From NCBI GenBank assembly GCA_964654855.1, contig CAZZJS010000005.1, positions 68,081 through 132,080 on the forward strand: 64,000 bases of DNA, read 5' to 3'. Positions 19,503 to 27,699 of this stretch are shown here, in pieces (the first letter of the stretch is position 1; each line of letters starts with the position of its first letter). Both the position numbers and the translations under genes were made by a program. Under the pieces are notes generated by a model. That model worked only from the letters and a program-made list of their open reading frames with translations, was not told the origin of the DNA and searched no databases. The DNA is from an uncultured Rickettsiales bacterium (GTDB lineage Bacteria; Pseudomonadota; Alphaproteobacteria; Rickettsiales; JALZUV01).

Positions 19503-21767
19503 ATGTTCAAATGGCTGACATCACATTTCTTTCTAGGGTTCTTGATGCTAGCAGCATTATTAGTGCTGCATCGTACCGATATGGATTGGATTGAATCCTT
19601 ACGCCATCATACATTTGATTTTTACCAGCAAATTCAGCCGCGTTTTCCTGCACCAGAGAAGCAGGCGGCTCCCGTACGCATTATTGATATTGACGAGAAA
19701 GCTTTGCGTGAAATAGGGCAGTGGCCATGGCCGCGTACTAAATTGGCGCAATTGGTTGATAAACTAACGACTTATGGCGTTGCGGTGACAGGATTTGATA
19801 TTGTGTTCGCCGAGGAAGATCGTGCTTCGCCGCATCAAATTTTAAAACAACGCGATGATATTCCGGAAGTGGTTGTAACCGCACTTAAAGACTTACCCAA
19901 TAATGAAAAAGTTTTTGCTGAGGCAATTGAGAAAGCGCGGGTAGTGGCAGGCCAAATCGGTGTATTTCAAGCAATTCAAAATCATGAATTGCCGCGCAAA
20001 GTAGGGTATGGAATTCTCTCACCAGATGGCGATAGCTTAGTAAAGCCGATGCTAAACCATTATGCAGGGGTGGTTGAAAATTTAAAAATCATTGAAGAAG
20101 CGGCGACAGGAATAGGCCTGTTTTCAACGCGCTCTGGTTATGGCGGTACGATTCGTAAAGTGGCATTGGTGGAGAGGATTAATGATGTAATTTACCCTTC
20201 ATTGAGCTTGGAAATGCTGCGTGTGGCGCTTGGCGGTAAGGATGATTATCTGATTAAAGGCTTTAAAGATGGCACGCCGGGGGTGAAATCGATCCTTGTG
20301 AAAGGCGCAACGCCGCAAGTAAAATTTGAAATTCCAACTGACCCGCAAGCGCGTGTTTATGTGTATTTTGCAAAATACCCGACGGCAAAAGAACCACTGT
20401 ATATTTCGGCAGCGGATGTGCTGAACCCAAAGGATGATGCGACGCGTCAGCGTATCGCGAAATTATTAAATGGGTCGTTAGTCGTTGTGGGAACTTCTGC
20501 TGTAGGGTTGAAGGATATTCGAAAAACACCGATCAATCCAGTATTGCCGGGAGTAGAAGTGCATGCTCAGTTACTAGAGACGATTCTTTCCGATGCGCAT
20601 TTAACACGTCCGTTTGAAGTGATCATGATTGAATGGGCAATTATTTTCATTGGCGGCATGATGATGATTTTACTGATTCCTCGCTTTAATTCACTTTGGA
20701 CTTTTATGCTTACAGGTGCCGTTATTAGCGCGGCGGTCGCTGCCGCTTGGTACTATTATACGCAGTATAACCAGCTCTTGGATGCGAGCTATCCGGCATT
20801 TTCTCTCTTTAGTCTGTTCTTAGTTCTTGGCTACCTCAATTACGCGCGTGAAGAGAAAGAACGAAAGCAGGTGAAAACAGCTTTCGGGCATTATGTTTCA
20901 CCGGCGCTCTTGGATGAGTTGGCAGAAAATCCAGAGAAGCTAGTGCTTGGTGGTGAAACCCGAAATATTACGGTTCTCTTTAGCGATATTCGCGGGTTTA
21001 CGACTATATCAGAACAGTTTAATGCGCAGGAACTTACGGGCTTTATCAATAAATTCCTTACCCCGATGACCAATGTGATTATGCAGCGCCAAGGCACGAT
21101 CGATAAATATATGGGCGATGCGATTATGGCTTTCTGGAATGCTCCGATAGAGGTGAAGAATCATCCGCATGAGGCATGCCATGCAGCGTTGGAAATGCAA
21201 GTGGCCGTGAAAGAGTTGAATGTTGTGTTGGAAGGACTAGCCAAAGAAGAAGGACGAGAACATATTCCAATTCTGATTGGTACAGGCTTAAATACGGATG
21301 ATTGCTGTGTGGGTAATATGGGTTCTGATCAACGGTTTGACTATTCGGCGCTCGGCGATGGGGTGAATCTCGGTGCGCGCCTTGAAGGGCAGTCGAAAAC
21401 TTATGGGGTTGATATTGTGCTGGGTGATAACACAGCGCAAGCGGTGAAAGATGAGTTTGCTGTCATCGAACTTGACCTTCTACAAGTGAAGGGAAAGACC
21501 GAGACGGTTCGGATTTTTGCACTTATGGGCGATAATGAAATGAAGAATTCAGACGCTTTCCAAAAGACACAAAAACTGGTGGGTGAACTGCAATCGACCT
21601 ATCGTGCGCAAGAATGGGATGATGCGAAAGTGCTAGCTGATAAATTAATGAAGCATAATAAGGGCTTGCAATGTTTCGCGGAATTGCTTATATCGCGCAT
21701 TGTTGCTTTTGAGCAACATCCTCCAGCTGCAGACTGGGGCGGTGTTGCCATAGCGATAAGTAAATAA
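19503..21767 (+). CDS. CHASE2-domain class III adenylate cyclase
   Basis: IIDIDE..GQWPWPR and PGVEVHA (CHASE2), three TM helices, FSDIRGFT, DKYMGDAIMAFW, GDGVNLGARLE. Confidence 0.93.
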   Translation: MFKWLTSHFFLGFLMLAALLVLHRTDMDWIESLRHHTFDFYQQIQPRFPAPEKQAAPVRIIDIDEKALREIGQWPWPRTKLAQLVDKLTTYGVAVTGFDIVFAEEDRASPHQILKQRDDIPEVVVTALKDLPNNEKVFAEAIEKARVVAGQIGVFQAIQNHELPRKVGYGILSPDGDSLVKPMLNHYAGVVENLKIIEEAATGIGLFSTRSGYGGTIRKVALVERINDVIYPSLSLEMLRVALGGKDDYLIKGFKDGTPGVKSILVKGATPQVKFEIPTDPQARVYVYFAKYPTAKEPLYISAADVLNPKDDATRQRIAKLLNGSLVVVGTSAVGLKDIRKTPINPVLPGVEVHAQLLETILSDAHLTRPFEVIMIEWAIIFIGGMMMILLIPRFNSLWTFMLTGAVISAAVAAAWYYYTQYNQLLDASYPAFSLFSLFLVLGYLNYAREEKERKQVKTAFGHYVSPALLDELAENPEKLVLGGETRNITVLFSDIRGFTTISEQFNAQELTGFINKFLTPMTNVIMQRQGTIDKYMGDAIMAFWNAPIEVKNHPHEACHAALEMQVAVKELNVVLEGLAKEEGREHIPILIGTGLNTDDCCVGNMGSDQRFDYSALGDGVNLGARLEGQSKTYGVDIVLGDNTAQAVKDEFAVIELDLLQVKGKTETVRIFALMGDNEMKNSDAFQKTQKLVGELQSTYRAQEWDDAKVLADKLMKHNKGLQCFAELLISRIVAFEQHPPAADWGGVAIAISK

Positions 21768-21799
21768 ATACAGGTTTTGTGCTTAAAAGATTGGAAATA

Positions 21800-21814
21800 T
21801 TAAGCTGTTGTTAA
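21800..21814 (+). promoter_or_regulatory. CtrA box upstream of the M23 peptidase
   Basis: TTAA-GCTGTTG-TTAA, exact TTAA-N7-TTAA. Confidence 0.6.
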
Positions 21815-21869
21815 GATTTAGGCTAGTATGGTCAAAGCCATGCAGGTTTAAGACTTCGGAGATGCAGTT

Positions 21870-23381
21870 TTGAAGGATACGTTAGGGCGCTTTGATAAGA
21901 AGCGTATTGAAGAGATGTTGCGAAAAGCAGATGGATCGTTGAATGATGCCGCCTTTATGGGCGTGGGTGCTGTTTTTAGCGCGTTGCTAATGGCGATGAC
22001 TCTATCGATTTCGACCTCAAATCACTCTGATTTGGCGACGGATATAGAAATGGCGTATACGCACTCTCATTCGCATGAATTAGTTGTTGAAGAAGAAACG
22101 CTCAATATTCGTGATGCGCTGGTAGCTGCTTGGGAAAAACTGGAATTAAAAGACCCTATTCAGGACTCTTCAACTGAAACTGTTGAGGGTACGAAAGAGG
22201 AAGTAGTCACTGCGATTGAAGAAGCCTCGACTGAGCCTGAGATCATTTATCCGTTGGATGAAAAAGTCACGGTGAAAGTGAAAACTGGCGATACGATGGC
22301 GGAAATTTTACAGCGTCAAAAAATTGGTATTGATGATACGAATGCGATTATCAAAGCGATGAAAAAGCATTTTAACCCGCGCAATATCCGCGTAGGACAG
22401 AAGTTTGGCTTAGAGCTTACTCGTCAATCGGCGCAGAAGTCGATTCTCAATAAGTTTCAGGTAAAAACAGGCAAGTTAACCCATGTGGAAGTGCTGCCAA
22501 AGGGTGAAAAGTTTGCTGCGAAAAAAGTGAAAATCAAAACAAGTAAGCAAATTGCCCGCGCAGGTGGTGTGGTCAGTTCTAGCTTTTTTGAAGCCAGCGA
22601 TGATGCAGGAATTCCACGTGCTATTACTTCTGAACTCGTAAAAGCTTACAGCTACGATATTGATTTTGGTCGCGATATTAAGCCAGGCCAAACATTAGAT
22701 GTTCTTTTTGAGCAGCTTGTTTCTAAGGAAACGGGTGAAGTCGTTGGCCATGGTGACCTTAAATTTGCTTCTTTCAAATTAAGAAATAAGCCGATTGAGG
22801 TATTTAAATATACAGACCGTACAGGTGATAGCGGTTATTATAAACCTAATGGTGAGTCAGTGCGTAAGGCACTTTTGAAAACGCCAGTGAATGCACGTAT
22901 TTCTTCTAAATTTGGTATGCGTAAGCATCCAATCTTAGGGTATACAAAAATGCATAAAGGAATCGATTTTGCAGCTCGTACCGGTACACCAATTTATGCG
23001 GCTGGTGATGGTAAGGTTAACTATGCAGGTCGTAAAGGCGGCTACGGAAAATACATTAAGATTAAGCATAATAATGGCTATGAAACAGCTTATGCTCACC
23101 TTTCCAAATATGCAAAAGGTATGAAAAATGGCCGCCGTGTGAAACAAGGGCAGATCATTGGTTATGTCGGTTCAACAGGTCGTTCAACGGGACCACATTT
23201 GCATTATGAGATTTTGAAAAACGGTAAGCACATCAACCCAGCGGGCGCTAAGTTCCGTACGGGTCGGGTGCTAAAGGGTAAAGAGCTAGCGGCGTTTAAG
23301 AAAGAAAAAGCCAAGCTTAAGAGCCAAATGGCCAACCTCCCACGTATTCGTGAGCAAGTGGCGCAGGCAAGCGGCGAGTAG
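21870..23381 (+). CDS. M23 family peptidoglycan DD-endopeptidase (MepM-like)
   Basis: HKGID, YAHL, STGPHLHYE zinc motifs; N-terminal TM; TTG start uncertain. Confidence 0.92.
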   Translation: MKDTLGRFDKKRIEEMLRKADGSLNDAAFMGVGAVFSALLMAMTLSISTSNHSDLATDIEMAYTHSHSHELVVEEETLNIRDALVAAWEKLELKDPIQDSSTETVEGTKEEVVTAIEEASTEPEIIYPLDEKVTVKVKTGDTMAEILQRQKIGIDDTNAIIKAMKKHFNPRNIRVGQKFGLELTRQSAQKSILNKFQVKTGKLTHVEVLPKGEKFAAKKVKIKTSKQIARAGGVVSSSFFEASDDAGIPRAITSELVKAYSYDIDFGRDIKPGQTLDVLFEQLVSKETGEVVGHGDLKFASFKLRNKPIEVFKYTDRTGDSGYYKPNGESVRKALLKTPVNARISSKFGMRKHPILGYTKMHKGIDFAARTGTPIYAAGDGKVNYAGRKGGYGKYIKIKHNNGYETAYAHLSKYAKGMKNGRRVKQGQIIGYVGSTGRSTGPHLHYEILKNGKHINPAGAKFRTGRVLKGKELAAFKKEKAKLKSQMANLPRIREQVAQASGE

Positions 23382-23386
23382 GCTTT

Positions 23387-23872
23387 ATGATTCGTATTCT
23401 CGGTATTGATCCTGGCCTTCGTTATTGCGGAGTAGGGGTCATCGAGATGGAAGGCTCTAACTTACGTTACATTCATAGCACGACCATTAAGCCAAAAACG
23501 AATCTAGCTTTAGAGCAGCGTTTGCTGATACTAAATGAAGCACTATTGAAACTGATTGAAGCTTACCAGCCGGATGAAATTGCGCTGGAAGAAACCTTTG
23601 TTTCTGTGAATGGTCAATCCACACTCAAGTTAGGTCAGGCGCGTGGTGCCATTATGCTGACGATCTCTCAAGCGGGTTATCATGTGAATGAATATGCAGC
23701 CAAGCTTGTGAAAAAATCTCTCACCGGATCTGGCGCGGCCGATAAAACGCAAATGATGCATATGGTGAAATTATTGCTGCCGCAATCTGATGCGCAAACT
23801 GAAGATGAGGCGGACGCACTGGCCATTGCCATCACCCATGCACATCACCGCAATACGGTGGCGGCGGCGTAG
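23387..23872 (+). CDS. ruvC: Holliday junction resolvase
   Basis: ILGIDPG, LGQARG, DEADALAIA. Confidence 0.95.
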   Translation: MIRILGIDPGLRYCGVGVIEMEGSNLRYIHSTTIKPKTNLALEQRLLILNEALLKLIEAYQPDEIALEETFVSVNGQSTLKLGQARGAIMLTISQAGYHVNEYAAKLVKKSLTGSGAADKTQMMHMVKLLLPQSDAQTEDEADALAIAITHAHHRNTVAAA

Positions 23873-23958
23873 CGAGCCAGTAGGGCGAGTCAGCCATAAG
23901 CAAGCGAAGCGTCGCCTATCGCGAAGTTAGTAGACCGAGCAGGGGCAATTAAAAACTA
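23873..23958. repeat. Possible short dispersed repeat element between convergent ruvC and valS
   Basis: GC-rich spacer with GCGAG/GCAAGCGAAGCG/GCGAAG units and no T-tailed terminator; single copy in this window, so repeat status is unverified. Confidence 0.25.
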
Positions 23959-26427
23959 AGCCGCGTCGCTTTCTTCTGCAAATTCGAGTGACAAGCTGAA
24001 ATTCTCATCCTCGGTTTTGATGTCACCTTCGCCATGGGTGATGCTGGCGATATTACCGGCACCGGCGAGATCGGCTTTAGCGGAGTCGCTCAACTCTGCT
24101 GAAATCTTCGCTTCCGTAATTGGCCATTTGATCGAGACGCCTTTTTCTGACTTTGCCTTGCGTACCGCTTCTAGCAATTCGACTACGGCAATACCTTCTG
24201 TTTCAGCCGCTTCATCCACCAGATAGTCGGATGCTTTTGGCCAGTTACCACGCGCGTGGATAGAGCCGATAACTTCGGCTTTGCTATCAAAAATATGGCT
24301 CCAAAGCTCCTCAGTCACATGCGGCACAATCGGTGCGAAGAGGCGCAGGATACCATCTAAACAATGATAAATGGTATAAACGGCACTCATCTGGCCTTGC
24401 CTATCTTCGCCTGCTTCGTCATAAGCGCGCTTTTTGACCAGCTCTAAATAATTATCGCAAAAGTCATTCCAGAAAAAATCTTCAATTGCGCGCAACGCAC
24501 TCGCATATTCATAGGCTTCAAATTCTTGCGTTGCTTTTGTTGTGGCGCGGTGCAGACGCGAAAGAATCCATTTATCGAGCGTTGCGGTTACTTCATCCGG
24601 TTCGCCATCGAGTTTCTCTAAGTGAATGGCGGCGAATTTTGTCGCATTCCAAAGCTTATTAACCAGCTTCTTCCCAATTTTCAATAGATCGCGAGAGAAG
24701 GCGGTATCTTGCCCTAATTTTGAAGTGGATGCCCAATAGCGCACCACGTCAGAGCCATGCTCCTCAATCAGTGCGATTGGGGTCACGACATTGCCTTTGG
24801 ATTTACTCATTTTGGTTTTATCTTCTGCCAAGCACCAGCCGGAGATCATCAGGTTTTTCCACGGAATGGTATCGCCGTGAAGGTGAGACTTCACGATGGT
24901 ATAGAATGCCCATGTACGAATAATTTCATGCGCTTGCGGGCGCATATCAGCAGGGAATAATTTATTATGACGCTCTGCATCAATGGCGAGTTCCGGCGTA
25001 ATGGCTTTACTGCTAAGCTGTGGTGAAACGGAAGAGGTCGCCCAAGTATCCATCACGTCCACATCGGCATCGACTTCGTCACGGCTATAGCCTTCAGGTA
25101 AATCAACGAGTGGGTTACAGGGTAGTTGATCGGGCGATGCGATAAGCACCTTACCTTCTTCCCCCGCACGTTTGGAATACCAAATAGGAAACGGAACGCC
25201 GAAATAGCGTTGGCGTGAGATGCACCAATCCCAGCTTAGGCCATCGATCCATTGATCCATGCGTTTGCTCATCCATTCGGGATGCCAATTACATTCGGCT
25301 GATTTGGCTTTGAGGGCTTCCTTTTTATCCATCACGCTAACAAACCATTGTGGTGTTGGTAGAATTTCCAATGGAGCACCGGAGCGCTCTGCACATTTTA
25401 CGGCATGGGTAATGGGTTTTGATTCGACTAAGTCGCCCGAAGCTTCCAGTTGTTTGATAATTTCTTCGCGTGCCATTTTGGCTTTCTTATTCGCCATCCA
25501 TTCCGGCGCGCCTTCGAAATCAATTTTCCCGTATTTATTGAGGATCAGTTTGAGCTCTAACCCATGTTTACGCCATTTCTCGATATCGGCTTCGTCACCA
25601 AAGGTACAGCACATCATAATGCCGGTTCCTTTATCAATTTCGACCGAGTCATCTTCCAAAATAGGAACTTTTACACCGAAAAGGGGAGTGATAGCGGTTT
25701 TGCCTTTGAGGTGCTGATAGCGTTCATCTTCAGGGTGGTAAAATACGCCGACACAAGCGGGGATAAGCTCTGGACGCGTGGTAGCGATGACGAGTTTCTC
25801 ATCAGAACCTTCAACACCAAAATGAATATCATTAAAATGCGATGGCAGCTCTTTATCTTCCACCTCGGCTTGAGCGATGGCGGTTTGGTCAACGGGATCC
25901 CATAGCATCGGCTCTAATTTGCGCGTGACATGGCCTTTTTGGAAAAGGTCGAGGAAGCTAAGTTGCGACATTTTGCGGCTATCTTCCGACACCGTATGGT
26001 ATTCCTGATTCCAATCCACCGAGAGAGCAGTTGATTGGAATAATGCGCGGTAGGCTTTGCGTGATTCATCGGAGACTTCCATACAATCTTCAATAAATTC
26101 TTCGCGGCTATCATATCTAGAAGCCGTTTTCTTTTTCGCCTTTTCGACAAGGCGTTCGGTGGGCAGGCCGTTATCGTCAAACCCCATCGGATAGAATACC
26201 GTCTTGCCATTCATGCGCTGCCAGCGGGCGACAAAGTCGGCTTGCGTATAGCTGAATACATGCCCCATATGCAGATGTCCGGAGACGGTGGGTGGAGGCG
26301 TATCGATCACAAAGGTTTCATCGCGCGGGGCGCTTTCATCCCAGTGATAGGTGCCTGCTTTTAGCCAATGATCCTGCCAGCGTTTCTCGGTCGCGGCGGT
26401 CTCGTATTTCTTCGGTAATTCTTTCAT
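23956..26427 (-). CDS. valS: Valine-tRNA ligase, short archaeal-type form
   Basis: IDTPPPTVSG, HMGH, WCISRQRYFG, PQAHEIIRTW, KMSKS; 823 aa without the long C-terminal coiled coil. Confidence 0.95.
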   Translation of the reverse strand: MKELPKKYETAATEKRWQDHWLKAGTYHWDESAPRDETFVIDTPPPTVSGHLHMGHVFSYTQADFVARWQRMNGKTVFYPMGFDDNGLPTERLVEKAKKKTASRYDSREEFIEDCMEVSDESRKAYRALFQSTALSVDWNQEYHTVSEDSRKMSQLSFLDLFQKGHVTRKLEPMLWDPVDQTAIAQAEVEDKELPSHFNDIHFGVEGSDEKLVIATTRPELIPACVGVFYHPEDERYQHLKGKTAITPLFGVKVPILEDDSVEIDKGTGIMMCCTFGDEADIEKWRKHGLELKLILNKYGKIDFEGAPEWMANKKAKMAREEIIKQLEASGDLVESKPITHAVKCAERSGAPLEILPTPQWFVSVMDKKEALKAKSAECNWHPEWMSKRMDQWIDGLSWDWCISRQRYFGVPFPIWYSKRAGEEGKVLIASPDQLPCNPLVDLPEGYSRDEVDADVDVMDTWATSSVSPQLSSKAITPELAIDAERHNKLFPADMRPQAHEIIRTWAFYTIVKSHLHGDTIPWKNLMISGWCLAEDKTKMSKSKGNVVTPIALIEEHGSDVVRYWASTSKLGQDTAFSRDLLKIGKKLVNKLWNATKFAAIHLEKLDGEPDEVTATLDKWILSRLHRATTKATQEFEAYEYASALRAIEDFFWNDFCDNYLELVKKRAYDEAGEDRQGQMSAVYTIYHCLDGILRLFAPIVPHVTEELWSHIFDSKAEVIGSIHARGNWPKASDYLVDEAAETEGIAVVELLEAVRKAKSEKGVSIKWPITEAKISAELSDSAKADLAGAGNIASITHGEGDIKTEDENFSLSLEFAEESDAA

Positions 26428-26579
26428 TCCGCAGGGATAGCCTGACTGCGCATAAGGTGCAAGTATCCATGAAATAAAAAAGCTGTAATGAAACTGAAAA
26501 GACTGACGAATGATTATTTATAACTGAAAAATATTCCTGAAAAATCAGTTTATCATTTATTAACAAGGAGACTCTCAAA

Positions 26580-26786
26580 ATGAAAAAGAAATCAGTTAAG
26601 AAAACATCTATCGCACTTGCTTCAATGCTAACTGCTGCAGGCACAATCGCGGCAGCCCCAGCAGCATTTGCTGTGCCTTCACAACCAACGTCTATTCATG
26701 CTTGCGGTGGTTGTTATGGTTGTCGAGGTCATAAAGGTGATGATCGCCATGGTTGCCATGGCTGTGGTGGATGTCGCGGTTACTAA
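26580..26786 (+). CDS. Secreted Cys/Gly/His-rich small peptide (candidate RiPP precursor or metal-binding peptide)
   Basis: Strong RBS AAGGAG; Sec-type signal MKKKSVKK..PAAFA; two CxxCxxC repeats HACGGCYGCRGH and HGCHGCGGCRGY. Confidence 0.8.
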   Translation: MKKKSVKKTSIALASMLTAAGTIAAAPAAFAVPSQPTSIHACGGCYGCRGHKGDDRHGCHGCGGCRGY

Positions 26787-26811
26787 ACTTTAAGTTCAAC
26801 ATCACATAGGA

Positions 26812-26839
26812 GGGGAGGTGAAAGCCTCCCCAACTTTTT
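26812..26839 (+). terminator. GC-rich hairpin between the peptide gene and the downstream gene (partial terminator or stabiliser)
   Basis: GGGGAGGT-GAAA-GCCTCCCC followed by AACTTTTT, directly before ATG 26840. Confidence 0.65.
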
Positions 26840-27541
26840 ATGAGTTTTAGCCTTCCAATTTTAAGTGATTATAAACGTGAGAAACTAACGGCATGCGCGA
26901 TGCGTTTATTAGAATCACAGCAACAACTTCATGCCGAACATCAAGGTTTGCATGCCTTTATGTTGGCCAATTCGCTGCATGAAGATGAGGAGCCGTTTAC
27001 GGCAATGCGCCATTACCCAAAGGGTGACCGCATTGATTATGAAAGCGGTGGGCAGTATTTTTACCATTGTCATCGCGAAAATTTTGAAACGGAAGAGCAT
27101 GGGCATTTTCATGTTTTTATTCGCGCAAGTGGATGGCCGAAGAGCTACCGTTTGCCTGCTATTCCTGAACGCGATAAATATAGCGATAACCCGATGACCC
27201 ATGTCATTAGCATCGGACTTAATCGTCATGGACAACCGATTCGTTTATTTACGGTGAATCGTTGGGTTAGTCAGGAATGCTGGTTTGAAGCAGAGCGTTT
27301 GAGGCGGATGAGTCAAAAATTCTCCTTGAATGTGCAAAAGAATGAACAATGGAAGCTGCTTGATGATTGGATAGAAAATTTGGTGCATTTATTCATGCCG
27401 CAAACTTTATGGTTGCAGCAGCAGCGTGATGAGATGGTCAAAGATATTGTTTCGGCGGACCCTTATCATGATACAGATTTTGAAGAATTATCCTCGCTTT
27501 CTATCAATCTAGAGCAACAAATTCAGTGGTTGATGCAATAG
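26840..27541 (+). CDS. Protein of unknown function with clustered His motifs (DUF6969-like)
   Basis: HYPKGD, QYFYHCHR, EEHGHFHVFIR, THVISI, PIRLFTVNRWV; family name recalled, not searched; no signal peptide. Confidence 0.7.
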   Translation: MSFSLPILSDYKREKLTACAMRLLESQQQLHAEHQGLHAFMLANSLHEDEEPFTAMRHYPKGDRIDYESGGQYFYHCHRENFETEEHGHFHVFIRASGWPKSYRLPAIPERDKYSDNPMTHVISIGLNRHGQPIRLFTVNRWVSQECWFEAERLRRMSQKFSLNVQKNEQWKLLDDWIENLVHLFMPQTLWLQQQRDEMVKDIVSADPYHDTDFEELSSLSINLEQQIQWLMQ

Positions 27542-27590
27542 ACGGTAGACAAATCCAAATTCTATGCTAATAAAGCGCTTCCAATTTTGT

Positions 27591-27675
27591 GCGGATGTGG
27601 TGGAATTGGTAGACACGCTAGATTTAGGTTCTAGTGCCGCGAGGCGTGAAGGTTCAAGTCCTTTCATCCGTACCA
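27591..27675 (+). tRNA. tRNA-Leu(TAG)
   Basis: GCGGATG/CATCCGT acceptor stem, D arm TGGAATTGGTAGAC, anticodon arm CTAGA-TTTAGGT-TCTAG, long variable arm, GGTTCAAGTCC, encoded CCA. Confidence 0.97.
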
Positions 27676-27699
27676 TTTATTCTTGTATTTTGACTAAAA

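Noticed and set aside
26336-26644. 102-aa minus-strand ORF overlapping the valS start and the peptide gene
   Set aside because: Shadow of better-supported genes and an AT-rich promoter region; no recognisable protein features.
26580-26786. Peptide as a ferredoxin or radical SAM fragment
   Set aside because: Spacing is CxxCxxC, not CxxxCxxC; there is no CxxxCP completion or ferredoxin fold, and it has its own signal peptide, RBS and stop.
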